Positions 17,211 to 26,943 of a DNA stretch of 64,000 nt are shown piece by piece. The translations under genes were made by a program, and so were the position numbers. The notes under the pieces were generated by a model. It was not told the DNA's origin, did not search any database, and saw only the letters and a program-made list of their open reading frames with translations. The stretch is from Candidatus Nanoarchaeia archaeon (GTDB lineage Archaea > Nanobdellota > Nanobdellia > Woesearchaeales > SKIA01): positions 76,144-140,143 of the forward strand of contig JANQNG010000002.1 of NCBI GenBank assembly GCA_028279685.1. The letters run 5' to 3'. The stretch's first letter is position 1. Each line of letters begins with the position of its first letter.

Positions 17211-17946
17211 CGAGTAATTCCCTCACCTTTTCAGCAATCCTATCGAGGTTCTTTCCTCCTTTCTCAAAATTCAATTTGCCAGAATTCACTATCATTTTCG
17301 GCCCTTTATAGGAAAAAAACAGCTTCCGATATCTTTTGTCAAGCTCCTGCAAATACATATTCTTTGATTGTGTAAGCTCTTTCTCATAAGGATTGTTCCT
17401 TTTTCTCAGACGTTGCTTCAACGTCCTTACAGGAGCAGAGAGAAAAATCAACAAATCAGGTTTCTTCAACTTTCTTGTAAGTAAAAAATAGAGGATTTTA
17501 TATTTGAGATAATCACCAACACGCATTAAACCTTTCTTATAGCTATTTTTTGTAAAAATCTCTTTATCCTCATAGATACTTCTATCTTGAATAATAGGCT
17601 CATCATAGCTAAGAATCTTCTTGTGATCTCTTACTCTGTTAATCAAATAAAACTCCTGCAGTTGATATGATGCTTTCTGTGCCAATCTTCTAATGTTCTT
17701 ATCATGAGGATTGCATTCCATGAGCTTTAACCATTTATAGAATGCAGGAAGAAAAGGATTATCTCTCACAGGCTCTTCATACATTCGTATCCTAAGTTTC
17801 TTGGAGAGCTTTTTTGCTAGTGTTGTTTTCCCAGAAGCAATATTCCCTGCAATCACAATAAAAAAATGGTTTCCCATCATCCCACCGAACGCAAAAAGTA
17901 AAGACATATAAACTTTTCGCAGATTTATATATTGAAATACTGACAA
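17203..17946 (-). CDS. deoxynucleoside kinase paralog
   Basis: P-loop GNIASGKTT, EEPVRDNPFLPAFYKW motif; tandem with the previous kinase (8-nt overlap). Confidence 0.7.
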   Translation of the reverse strand: MSVFQYINLRKVYMSLLFAFGGMMGNHFFIVIAGNIASGKTTLAKKLSKKLRIRMYEEPVRDNPFLPAFYKWLKLMECNPHDKNIRRLAQKASYQLQEFYLINRVRDHKKILSYDEPIIQDRSIYEDKEIFTKNSYKKGLMRVGDYLKYKILYFLLTRKLKKPDLLIFLSAPVRTLKQRLRKRNNPYEKELTQSKNMYLQELDKRYRKLFFSYKGPKMIVNSGKLNFEKGGKNLDRIAEKVRELLDG

Positions 17947-19152
17947 TTAACTATATCTAGTGTGTTTTGATCTGCTGGAAATTCTTCTCTCATAGGCATT
18001 CTTAAGATCATAGAATAACATAGCATAATGATTCGCATCTAATCCACCATAATAGACGCTCTTCGTTATATCTTCCCTCATCCTAAACATCTCCATCTCG
18101 ATTTTTTTGAGTGGCTTTCTCTTTATTTTTCCAGGCATAATAACCTCTATATATTTACAGCCACTATTTGCACATTTTTCATACATAATTGAAACATCTT
18201 CAAATGTAATATCTTCCAGATACTTCAGAGAAATCAATTTCTTAGCTCTTTTATAATCTTTAGAAGAATCAATATCAATCTCCATTTCAGGAGAAGTGTA
18301 TGAAATTTCCATTCGCAAAGGTATTCCTGAAGAACTGATTTTTTCAGAAAATTTATTTTTAACTCTATTAAGATCAACACCAGAAGTGAAATATTCGAAG
18401 ATAAGATATCCATAGAATGCCCAGTTTAAAGGATTGAGCGTTTTTCTACTTCTATAAAAACTCTGAACCTTTTTTTGTACACTACTTATATCGTTTTCAA
18501 AAAATTTTTTAATATTGCTAAATACAGCAGCATTTGCTCCTCTTATGTATCCTTTACTTCTGTCTCTTTTCTTAATTCTCACAGGAGGTCTACTGAAAAA
18601 TGGAATTTTCTTCTTTAATTCTTTGTAATCAACACAAAACACCGTGGCAAGTATGTTGTCTTTAGATTCATTCTTTACAGCAGCTAAACAGGTTTCTAGC
18701 GATTCTTTGTTTGCAAGAAATGCATCTCCTAATGTTGCCAGAACTCTATCAGCAACATTTTTTCCCTCTGACTCAAGAATGTTCTTTTGATTAATCCATT
18801 CCTGCTGTGCTTTGAGAATATTATCACTGAATGTTCTCCCTTGCTGGACAACAACATATCTTCTCCTTCTTGGTTGTTTTTCAAGAACTCTCTCGAGAGA
18901 ATGTTTATCTCCTATAATAATCACTGTATCAAACAAATCACAATGTTCATATGCTTCAATATGATGTTCAATTACCGTCTTGCCTGTTTTTTCATCAAGA
19001 ACCTTTACTGCTTTATTCTTGTAATCAATTAATGATTCTCCATAAATTACTTCAACTATTTTGTGATGTACATAATCCAATATCTTCTTCCATTTATGCT
19101 CTCTTTTCTGATTAAATCCAGAAAAAACAACACCTATATCAACTTCAGCCAC
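17947..19152 (-). CDS. hypothetical protein co-transcribed with the two deoxynucleoside kinases
   Basis: 401-aa ORF abutting the dNK gene; no recognisable motifs. Confidence 0.4.
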   Translation of the reverse strand: MAEVDIGVVFSGFNQKREHKWKKILDYVHHKIVEVIYGESLIDYKNKAVKVLDEKTGKTVIEHHIEAYEHCDLFDTVIIIGDKHSLERVLEKQPRRRRYVVVQQGRTFSDNILKAQQEWINQKNILESEGKNVADRVLATLGDAFLANKESLETCLAAVKNESKDNILATVFCVDYKELKKKIPFFSRPPVRIKKRDRSKGYIRGANAAVFSNIKKFFENDISSVQKKVQSFYRSRKTLNPLNWAFYGYLIFEYFTSGVDLNRVKNKFSEKISSSGIPLRMEISYTSPEMEIDIDSSKDYKRAKKLISLKYLEDITFEDVSIMYEKCANSGCKYIEVIMPGKIKRKPLKKIEMEMFRMREDITKSVYYGGLDANHYAMLFYDLKNAYERRISSRSKHTRYS

Positions 19153-19267
19153 ATTTGCCGAGAATGCAGAAGAATTTATATTGGTTTCTTATTTTCATCT
19201 CTACTTATCGCATGTACTTAACACACAATATACGTAAATTTATAAAACTAGGAATATTAATGCTAAT

Positions 19268-19675
19268 ATGAAATACTATCTTGATATCAAAAAAAGTGCT
19301 ATTCATGGCAAAGGAGTGTTCGCAAGAAACAACATTCCAAAAGACACTATGTTCTATCAAGTGCCTTTGAACCATATCTTTCTCAAACCGAAAGCAAGAT
19401 GTGCATATATAAAAGGAAAATACGTCTATGATGGTGCTGTACTGAACTGGATAAATCACAGCTGTGATCCCAATACAGAACTCGATGTTTCTGGTGATGT
19501 TCCTGTACTGAAATCATTACGCAACATCTCTCCAAAAGAAGAAATCACCGTAGACTATGAAAAAACAGAAAAACACCAAACAAAACATGCCTGTAACTGC
19601 GGCTCAAAGAACTGCAGAAACTCCTTCTGGAGCTCTGCAGTACTATCCACTTCAAAATATGAGTATCCTGAATAA
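19268..19675 (+). CDS. SET-domain protein (lysine methyltransferase-like)
   Basis: GKGVFARNNI..., NHSCDPN, EEITVDY and post-SET CNCGSKNCR motifs. Confidence 0.8.
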   Translation: MKYYLDIKKSAIHGKGVFARNNIPKDTMFYQVPLNHIFLKPKARCAYIKGKYVYDGAVLNWINHSCDPNTELDVSGDVPVLKSLRNISPKEEITVDYEKTEKHQTKHACNCGSKNCRNSFWSSAVLSTSKYEYPE

Positions 19676-20010
19676 AAAAATTCATAAGACTCTGTAGAAA
19701 TGCTATTTAGCACATTGCTGACAATACTGCCTAGCGCAACTATCATATTGCTTATCTGAGGAATATAATCGAATTACGCAATGATCTGCATTAAAAAGTG
19801 AAGCGCAGTATTGTCAGCCTGTATGTTATACACTACTGCGCTTCGTGTACTATGTGCAATCAAAGAAGCAAATCGATTATAGCAAATAAATACACCACCA
19901 GAGTACTCCGCTAGGCAGTAGTGTATAACAAATAATAGTATGTCTTTAAAGCATTTCCACAGAGCCAAATCATAAGAAAATTATATAAACTCTTCATTCT
20001 TGTCTGCGCT

Positions 20011-20436
20011 ATGGTCATTATAAAAATAAAGGCATTAAACAAGCATGCGAGTATACCTGCATTCTCCAGACAAGGAGATGCTGCTTTTGATCTGCATTCT
20101 TTAGAGACATATACTGTAAAACCTGGTGAACGACATATTTTTCCGACAGGAATAGCAACAGAATTCCCTGAAGGTTATGTGTTATTATATAGAGATCGTT
20201 CAGGTTTAGCAGCGAATCATGGCATTCATGTTCTAGCAGGTGTTATCGACCCGACATATAGAGGAGAACACAAAATTGTTATTCTCAACACAGGAAAAGA
20301 AACATACGAAATAAAAAAAGGAGATCGTATCGTCCAAGCTATTCTGTTGAAGCTTCCTGATGTTGAAATTAAAGAAGTAAATGAACTTTCAGATTCTAAT
20401 CGTGGAAAAGAAAGATTTGGTAGTAGTGGAAGATGA
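20011..20436 (+). CDS. dut: dUTP diphosphatase (dUTPase/dCTP deaminase superfamily)
   Basis: 141 aa; SRQGDAAFDL, GLAANHGIHVLAGVIDPTYRGE motifs. Confidence 0.85.
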   Translation: MVIIKIKALNKHASIPAFSRQGDAAFDLHSLETYTVKPGERHIFPTGIATEFPEGYVLLYRDRSGLAANHGIHVLAGVIDPTYRGEHKIVILNTGKETYEIKKGDRIVQAILLKLPDVEIKEVNELSDSNRGKERFGSSGR

Positions 20437-21567
20437 TTATCTTTTCTTCTTAGCTTTTTTCTTCGCTTTCTTTTTTGCTTTCTTCTTTTTCACAGCTTTC
20501 TTAGTTCTTTTTCTTACAGCTTTTACAACGTTAGGTGCTTTTCCTTTCTCCATATACAATGTTCTCGTCGGAAATGGAATTTTAATACCATTCTCCTTCA
20601 ACGCATAAAACACTTCCGTTGTCACTTCATCCTGAATAGTGAACTTACGCCTAAAATCACTAATGTAAAATATTAATTTGAAATCAAGAGAAAAATCATT
20701 CATTTCAGTAAACCAAACCATAACTTCTTTGTCTGTATCGAGATATTTCTTTCCTTTTACAACATTCTTCAACACACGCTTTACTCTTTCAGGGTCTGAC
20801 CCATATGCAACACCGACAGGGATTACAATACGTATCTCATCATTCGGCTGTGCATAATTAATGAACTTATTTTGTGCTAATATGCTGTTAGGCACAATAA
20901 GCATCTCGTCATCAAATGTCTTTATTCTCGTCGATCTAATACCTATTTCATCCACTGTTCCAAGCTCTCCCGACTCAAGTTTCACAATATCTCCAATACG
21001 GAAGCTTTTATCCATTACAAGAGAGATACCTCCAAAAATATTCGCTGTACTATCCTTAAGCCCAAATCCTATGATGATACCTGCCACTCCTAATGATGCA
21101 AGCAAAGGACCTATCGATACCCCCCACAACGTGAGAATGACAAAAATCGCAAATACCAACATAAGAATCCTTGCAAACCCTCTGATGAGAGGCATTACTT
21201 CATGGCTGAATGAGTGCCTTGAACCTCTGGCTAAAGAACGACCCCAAAACATAAGGAATTCATCAATCAGCAATGATACAATAAAAAACAATGCTATATC
21301 AAAGAATGTCTGAATGATATTCATGATTACTTTTGAAATTTGCAGAGGAGTTATAGCCAAAAATAATCCATAGAGTACAATAAAAAGAAACAAAGGCTTG
21401 TGAATTCTGGTAAGTATGTGTGTCATCTTATTATTGTATCCTCTGATATAAATTTCAATAAGCTCTTCAATTATAATAGCCAATACAAAGGATAACACAA
21501 AGATCAATGCAGCATCAGCTAAAGGAAATTTATCCAGCAACTCCAATAACTTCTGAAAAAACCCCAT
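20437..21567 (-). CDS. MscS-family mechanosensitive ion channel with poly-Lys C-terminal tail
   Basis: N-terminal TM helices; MscS core FGGISLVMDKSFRIGDIVKL..GTVDEIGIRSTRIKTFDDEMLIVPNS. Confidence 0.85.
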   Translation of the reverse strand: MGFFQKLLELLDKFPLADAALIFVLSFVLAIIIEELIEIYIRGYNNKMTHILTRIHKPLFLFIVLYGLFLAITPLQISKVIMNIIQTFFDIALFFIVSLLIDEFLMFWGRSLARGSRHSFSHEVMPLIRGFARILMLVFAIFVILTLWGVSIGPLLASLGVAGIIIGFGLKDSTANIFGGISLVMDKSFRIGDIVKLESGELGTVDEIGIRSTRIKTFDDEMLIVPNSILAQNKFINYAQPNDEIRIVIPVGVAYGSDPERVKRVLKNVVKGKKYLDTDKEVMVWFTEMNDFSLDFKLIFYISDFRRKFTIQDEVTTEVFYALKENGIKIPFPTRTLYMEKGKAPNVVKAVRKRTKKAVKKKKAKKKAKKKAKKKR

Positions 21568-21646
21568 TACTTTAATAGAGTGGTTTCTTTTTAAATACTT
21601 TTACAAACACTGAGAAAAAGTAACATAAGTTCTTCGCAATCGTATG

Positions 21647-22174
21647 CTATGCAGCCATCTTTTCCACTTGAATAGCGCAACTACAAGGGAGTTTGCATCT
21701 GATCCTGTCACAGGCTCTTTTGACAATAGGAATCTGACTCTCCAAGCAATCAACCTCGCAGATAGTATCTCCTTTGAAGACACGAGCAGCAACTGAGATT
21801 GACTTACCGAAGCTCTTCTTCATTCCCGTACTCATACGATCTGCACCCGCTCCTGATGCCAATGGATTTTCTCTAAGAATATGATGCGGAAATATTCTAA
21901 TTCTGAATCTATATGTATTTTTGCCGAGTTTCTTCTCCATATGCCTATTAGCACTCTGTCTAGCAGATTCAATCGCGTTATGTCTGATCTGGAGATCTGC
22001 CTTAGCAAGCACTTTGACTCTGAAAGGAAACTCCTTTTTAGCATCACCCATAACAAATCTTACCACTCTGCTGTTCGGAGTAGCTCTTACAAAAGATTTA
22101 GCTCTATATTTCGATTTTCTTGTGTATGGGCGTTCAATCCTCCTATATGCAACAAATTTCCTCTTCTTTGCCAT
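21647..22174 (-). CDS. rpl10e: 50S ribosomal protein L10e (uL16)
   Basis: MAKKRKFVAYRRIERPYTRKSKYRAKSFVRATPNSRVVRFVMGD is typical L10e. Confidence 0.85.
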   Translation of the reverse strand: MAKKRKFVAYRRIERPYTRKSKYRAKSFVRATPNSRVVRFVMGDAKKEFPFRVKVLAKADLQIRHNAIESARQSANRHMEKKLGKNTYRFRIRIFPHHILRENPLASGAGADRMSTGMKKSFGKSISVAARVFKGDTICEVDCLESQIPIVKRACDRIRCKLPCSCAIQVEKMAA

Positions 22175-22379
22175 TTTTCCTCAGAATAAGGCTCTCTTTA
22201 TAAATATTACTTGATCATGAAGCGTTTGCCTTTCTTCGCAGGCACAACCTTGAAGTCCTTCAATTTCTGCTCTTCAGCCCATTTCTTGGCTGATACCTCT
22301 GTACTGAACGTTTTCGACCTTGGCTTCCTGTTCCTTCCGCGTTTCAGCAAAATAGGTCGTACTGATCGTATACTCATTG

Positions 22380-22643
22380 TTAATACCTTTTCTGGCTTAC
22401 TCTGCCTTTCATTATCTTCTCCTGCCGTTTTTCTACTTTAGGACTGAGTTTTATAGGGTTTCTTCTGTTGAAGCGAAGGAATTTATCTATTTTATTGTCG
22501 TTGTCAAGCTTGAACTCATCGGCATCTTCAGGTACTTTAATAGTTCCTAATGACTTGATAGTCTCTTCCTTCTTGGATAAGCCCGAGTAACGCTCATTCT
22601 TGATGTTCTTCTTTTTCTTATCCTTTTTCTTCTTCTTACCCAT
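22380..22643 (-). CDS. hypothetical Lys-rich small protein
   Basis: 87-aa ORF with poly-K N-terminus; no motif. Confidence 0.3.
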   Translation of the reverse strand: MGKKKKKDKKKKNIKNERYSGLSKKEETIKSLGTIKVPEDADEFKLDNDNKIDKFLRFNRRNPIKLSPKVEKRQEKIMKGRVSQKRY

Positions 22644-22682
22644 GGCTTTAAAGATTCCAGATTTGTTTTTAAATATTTTGAT

Positions 22683-23636
22683 TTAAGAAAGAAATTTCTG
22701 ATTCAGCGCATCTCCTAAATCGAGAAGGTATTCCTTGCCGAATTCATTATTATAGAGATCATCAAGCAGGAAATGAGGTAAAATATCAAGATCTTGTCGA
22801 ATTGCCGTAAGACCTACTGCTAGCGCAGCAACGCTATCAGTATCTCCTCCAAGCAAAACAGCTTGTTTCAATACCTCTGAAGCACTAGGGTAACAATGCT
22901 GAAGAATATACATGACTGCTCCCAATGTCTTAGGTCCATGACAGGGAACACCAACATCTGCATTACCTTCTCCAAACAAAGTTTCAGGGTCAAATGATTG
23001 CATCGTGTAAGTTTTTTCAAGATAATTCGCAGTTTCGGGATGAATTTGAGCAACATGTTCTTGTACTTGTTTTGACAAACTCATAATATCTTTGTTAGTG
23101 TGCATTAAGTAATGTGCAGCAACAGCAATACCGACAGAAGAAACTTTTCCCTCAGGAGTATTGTGTGTAAGCTCTGCATTGATAATAGCGTAATCGATAA
23201 CCTTCTTTAAGTCATTAACAAACCCTATTGGAATAGCTCTCATCGCAGCACCGTTGCGTATTGAGTCATCTTTAATACCGTAAAGAAATTCTTCCCCTGA
23301 ACCAACAACTTCAAGAAATTTCTGAAATCCTCCTGCATATCCTTTGATAGGATCTCGTTTATAACACCCAACAAAAAAATCAGCTAGATTATTGTGGTTG
23401 AATCTATTATCTGAAATCAATAATTCTGCAATCGCAATTGACATCTGTGTATCATCAGTATATCTTCCAGGAGTACACCATTCTGGATTCGGATGATTGC
23501 TATACCTCGAAAAATCAAACGCCTTCTTGATCTCTTTTCTTCCTCCAGGATAGAACTCATATCCTACTCCGAAGGTATCACCTATGGCAATACCCAGCAT
23601 TGTTCTTTGTCCAGTATTCATGGTGCTGGAAATCAC
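22683..23636 (-). CDS. ADP-ribosylglycohydrolase family protein (DraG/ARH-like)
   Basis: MLGIAIGDTFGVGYEF, GRYTDDTQMSIAIAE, GGDTDSVAALAVGL motifs. Confidence 0.8.
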   Translation of the reverse strand: MISSTMNTGQRTMLGIAIGDTFGVGYEFYPGGRKEIKKAFDFSRYSNHPNPEWCTPGRYTDDTQMSIAIAELLISDNRFNHNNLADFFVGCYKRDPIKGYAGGFQKFLEVVGSGEEFLYGIKDDSIRNGAAMRAIPIGFVNDLKKVIDYAIINAELTHNTPEGKVSSVGIAVAAHYLMHTNKDIMSLSKQVQEHVAQIHPETANYLEKTYTMQSFDPETLFGEGNADVGVPCHGPKTLGAVMYILQHCYPSASEVLKQAVLLGGDTDSVAALAVGLTAIRQDLDILPHFLLDDLYNNEFGKEYLLDLGDALNQKFLS

Positions 23637-23714
23637 TACCTCTATATAAATCTGTTATTTCTGCACAGAGGATTATTCACAAGGTATATAAAAATAGAGT
23701 GTTCATTTTTCAAT

Positions 23715-24485
23715 ATGAAACAACTACAGCAAAAAATTCTCTTTTGGTACAATAAGCACAAGCGAGATCTTCCTTGGAGAAAAACAAGAAATCCCTATCA
23801 TATCCTTGTTTCTGAAGTTATGCTGCAGCAAACACAAGTCGACAGAGTCATCCCCTATTATCTTCGTTGGTTGAAGAAATTTCCTACTATTGAAAAACTC
23901 GCGAGAGCACAGCCAAGAACAGTGTTGAACTATTGGTCTGGTCTAGGATACAATAACAGAGCATTGCGTTTACAGCAAACTGCAAAAACATTAGAAGGAA
24001 AGTCATTTCCAAAAACAGAGGAAGAACTCAAGGCACTACCAGGCATCGGACCATACACTGCACGAGCAATACTCTCATTCGCGTTCAACAAAGAAGTTCC
24101 TGTTATTGACACAAACATAAGAAGAATACTTATCCATGAGTTGAAGCTCAAAGAAAACACGCTGCCTCTTGAGCTCGAGGAGAGAGCAAAAAAACTCATT
24201 CCAAAAGGAAAATCACGCATATGGCATAATGCATTAATGGATTATGGTGCAATACACCTCACCTCAAGAAAAACAGGCATCAAGTCATTAAGTAAGCAAT
24301 CAAAGTTCGAAGGCAGTGAACGACAGGCAAGAGGAAAGATACTGAAACTTCTTCTCGCGCAAAAAACTATTTCCCTTATTTCACTAAAGCAAAAAGGCTT
24401 CCATAATAATATAGATCATATAATCGCAAAGATGGTTAAAGAGAACATCATCATAAAAGAAGCTCGTTCTATCAGGCTACGATAA
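23715..24485 (+). CDS. HhH-GPD superfamily DNA glycosylase (EndoIII/MutY-like, no Fe-S cysteine cluster)
   Basis: WYNKHKRDLPWRKTRNPYHILVSEVMLQQTQV; HhH LPGIGPYTA; catalytic Asp in VIDTNIRR. Start moved to ATG 23715, which removes the overlap with the convergent ARH gene. Confidence 0.75.
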   Translation: MKQLQQKILFWYNKHKRDLPWRKTRNPYHILVSEVMLQQTQVDRVIPYYLRWLKKFPTIEKLARAQPRTVLNYWSGLGYNNRALRLQQTAKTLEGKSFPKTEEELKALPGIGPYTARAILSFAFNKEVPVIDTNIRRILIHELKLKENTLPLELEERAKKLIPKGKSRIWHNALMDYGAIHLTSRKTGIKSLSKQSKFEGSERQARGKILKLLLAQKTISLISLKQKGFHNNIDHIIAKMVKENIIIKEARSIRLR

Positions 24486-24560
24486 TCTGTACCTCTGATG
24501 CATAAGTATTATAAAGTATTGTTAACTATGGTTAATTATGAAATTCTGGAGGTTATTACT

Positions 24561-25148
24561 ATGAAAAATGCATTGTTGATACTAAGTATATTAGGGCTCA
24601 TGCTCCTGGCAAGTTGTACTGCAGCTGTCAGCAGCCAAGCGACAGAAACAGCAGAGATCCCTGGCGCTGCAGCAACAGAACCATCTGCATCAGTCAAAGA
24701 GAAAAAAACGATGATCTGGCTCGATACACCATTGACTGACGTCAGAACAGGAGAGAGTTTCATGTTCTCTGATTATGCAGGCAAAACAGTATTAGTAGAA
24801 AGTTTTGCAACATTCTGTCCTGCTTGCAAAAAACAGCAGCAACACATCAAAGAATTCCATGAAGCAGTTGGCGACAGTGTTGTCTCAATAGGATTAAACA
24901 CCGATCCGAATGAAGACGCTGAACTTGTACTGAGTTATGCAAACAATAATAATTTTGATTGGACATATGCAGTAGCACCAAATGATTTGACACAAACACT
25001 AGTTGATGAATTCGGCACAGCCATAGTGAGCACTCCAACGGCACCTATTGTGATGATCTGCAAAGACCAATCATCAAGGTTGCTTCCATCAGGAGTAAAA
25101 AATCCTGAGACATTGCAGGAAGAAATCGAAAAAGGATGCAATCTCTAA
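24561..25148 (+). CDS. TlpA/ResA-like thiol-disulfide oxidoreductase lipoprotein (thioredoxin fold)
   Basis: Lipobox-like signal MKNALLILSILGLMLLASCT; CxxC motif FCPACKK; RBS GGAGGT before ATG 24561. Confidence 0.7.
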   Translation: MKNALLILSILGLMLLASCTAAVSSQATETAEIPGAAATEPSASVKEKKTMIWLDTPLTDVRTGESFMFSDYAGKTVLVESFATFCPACKKQQQHIKEFHEAVGDSVVSIGLNTDPNEDAELVLSYANNNNFDWTYAVAPNDLTQTLVDEFGTAIVSTPTAPIVMICKDQSSRLLPSGVKNPETLQEEIEKGCNL

Positions 25149-25149
25149 A

Positions 25150-25812
25150 ATGATTTCATCTATTTTTTCTTATTATCTTATTGGACTAGCTGCTCCGTTA
25201 ACAGCAGTATGTGTACTTCCACTATATCCTGGATTCATAGCATACCTTTCAAATAAAGCTAACAAGAAAAATCCACTAACGCTTGGTTTTGTTGTTGCAG
25301 CAGGACTACTTCTCTTCATGACTCTTCTTGGACTCATCTTCACAACAATACTTAAGACATCCCTTACAAAAGCTATCAATATTATCTCACCAATAGCATT
25401 TATGTTGTTAGGAATCATTAGCATTTTACTTTTATTCAATTTCGATTTCAGCAAATTCTTCAAAACCACCCCCCTTCCCCAGAGCAACAACCCATTTCTA
25501 GGTGCGTTGCTCTATGGGTTTTTTTTCGGCGCCATTATCATTCCCTGTAATCCTGGCGTTATAGCATTATTCTTCTCAACCATTCTCACTTCAACAGCTA
25601 AAAGTTTCATTCAAGGATTACTTGGCTTTATCGCATTTGGCATTGGCATGGCAACACCCTTACTAATATTAGCAGCAATCTCCAGTACGGCAAGCGGAGC
25701 AATCATACAATTCTTCGTGAAACATAAAAAGATCATCAACATCATCACAGGCATTATCATGCTAGCAATTTCATTATATTATCTTATTGCAGTATTCCAT
25801 GTTTTCGGATAG
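25150..25812 (+). CDS. ccdA: CcdA/DsbD-family transmembrane thiol-disulfide electron transporter
   Basis: Multi-TM; conserved Cys in AVCVLPLYPG and IIIPCNPGV. Confidence 0.75.
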   Translation: MISSIFSYYLIGLAAPLTAVCVLPLYPGFIAYLSNKANKKNPLTLGFVVAAGLLLFMTLLGLIFTTILKTSLTKAINIISPIAFMLLGIISILLLFNFDFSKFFKTTPLPQSNNPFLGALLYGFFFGAIIIPCNPGVIALFFSTILTSTAKSFIQGLLGFIAFGIGMATPLLILAAISSTASGAIIQFFVKHKKIINIITGIIMLAISLYYLIAVFHVFG

Positions 25813-25858
25813 AACTAAGATCCATAAAGATTTAAAGTTTAAATGAGGTAATAAGAAG

Positions 25859-26854
25859 ATGAAAATACACACTATCTTGATTGTTTTTCTTGTTTTCCTT
25901 GCGAGTTGTGGCGTTGCTGAAAACACAAGAAAGTCTCCATTAGAAGCGTCATTCACCGAGGAAGATTATGCCAAAGGACAATGCAAATTCCTCGAAGATG
26001 GCACAAAATATATGATTCATCCTGATGCATTGCAATCAGGAGGACCTCCTAAAGATGGTATTCCTTCTATTGATGATCCAAAATATGTCACAGTAACAGA
26101 AGCAGATGAATGGATTGAAGATAATGAATTAGTTCTGGCTTTGCTACACAAAGATATGAAACGAGTTTATCCATTGCAGATTCTTGTCTGGCATGAGATT
26201 GTGAATGATATTATCGCAGGAGATCCTGTTCTGATAACGTATTGTCCATTGTGCGGATCAGGTATCGCATACAAAAGAATGCTTGATGGAGAAGCAGTTG
26301 AATTCGGCACTACCGGCAAATTATACAATTCAAACCTTGTGATGTATGATCGAAAGACGGAAACGTATTGGACGCAGATTGATGGCAAAGCCATCATTGG
26401 TGAATTGACAGGTCACGAACTGAAAGAAATCTCCATCGATACTGTTGTTTGGCGAGATTGGAAGAAAGCGCATGCTGATTCTGAAGTGCTAAGTCAGAAC
26501 ACAGGATTCAAGCGTGACTATGGCAAAGACCCATACGGAAGTTATTATGAAGATAGTTTTTTGATCTTTCCCGTCGATAATGAAAACAACACAATCCATC
26601 CCAAGACAGTCATCTTCGGTATAGAAATTGATGGTGTATACAAAGCATATCGAGAAGCTGACCTTATTGCATTAGGAGTTATCAATGATGAGATTAATAA
26701 TACAAAAATAAATATAACGAGAGATGAAGCAGGTGTAGTCACTATTGTACAGGCCGATACTGGAAAGGAAATAGTAAAGGAAAGAGACTTCTTCTTCGCA
26801 TGGTACGCTTTTCATCCAGAAACAACAGTTTATGAAATCAATCCAAATAGCTAG
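25859..26854 (+). CDS. DUF3179-like lipoprotein with conserved YCPLCGSG motif
   Basis: Signal/lipobox LVFLASCG; TYCPLCGSGIAY motif that I recall as diagnostic of DUF3179. Confidence 0.45.
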   Translation: MKIHTILIVFLVFLASCGVAENTRKSPLEASFTEEDYAKGQCKFLEDGTKYMIHPDALQSGGPPKDGIPSIDDPKYVTVTEADEWIEDNELVLALLHKDMKRVYPLQILVWHEIVNDIIAGDPVLITYCPLCGSGIAYKRMLDGEAVEFGTTGKLYNSNLVMYDRKTETYWTQIDGKAIIGELTGHELKEISIDTVVWRDWKKAHADSEVLSQNTGFKRDYGKDPYGSYYEDSFLIFPVDNENNTIHPKTVIFGIEIDGVYKAYREADLIALGVINDEINNTKINITRDEAGVVTIVQADTGKEIVKERDFFFAWYAFHPETTVYEINPNS

Positions 26855-26943
26855 AGCGTAACATGCGCTTAAAGAGCATAGCCTCTTTGATTGTGCATAG
26901 TACGCCTTTCATCCAGAAACATTACTATACAAAGCAGGAACAG

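Noticed and set aside
19774-19968. 64-aa minus-strand ORF within the 19676-20010 intergenic repeat region
   Set aside because: No start context or motif; the region is better explained by the interleaved inverted repeats (see finding).
20861-21313. 150-aa plus-strand ORF inside the MscS gene
   Set aside because: Antisense to the MscS gene with its conserved channel motifs; no features of its own.
23493-23714. Extended N-terminus of the glycosylase ORF overlapping the convergent ADP-ribosylglycohydrolase gene
   Set aside because: Conserved glycosylase sequence begins at ATG 23715; the upstream extension overlaps the real end of the opposite-strand gene.
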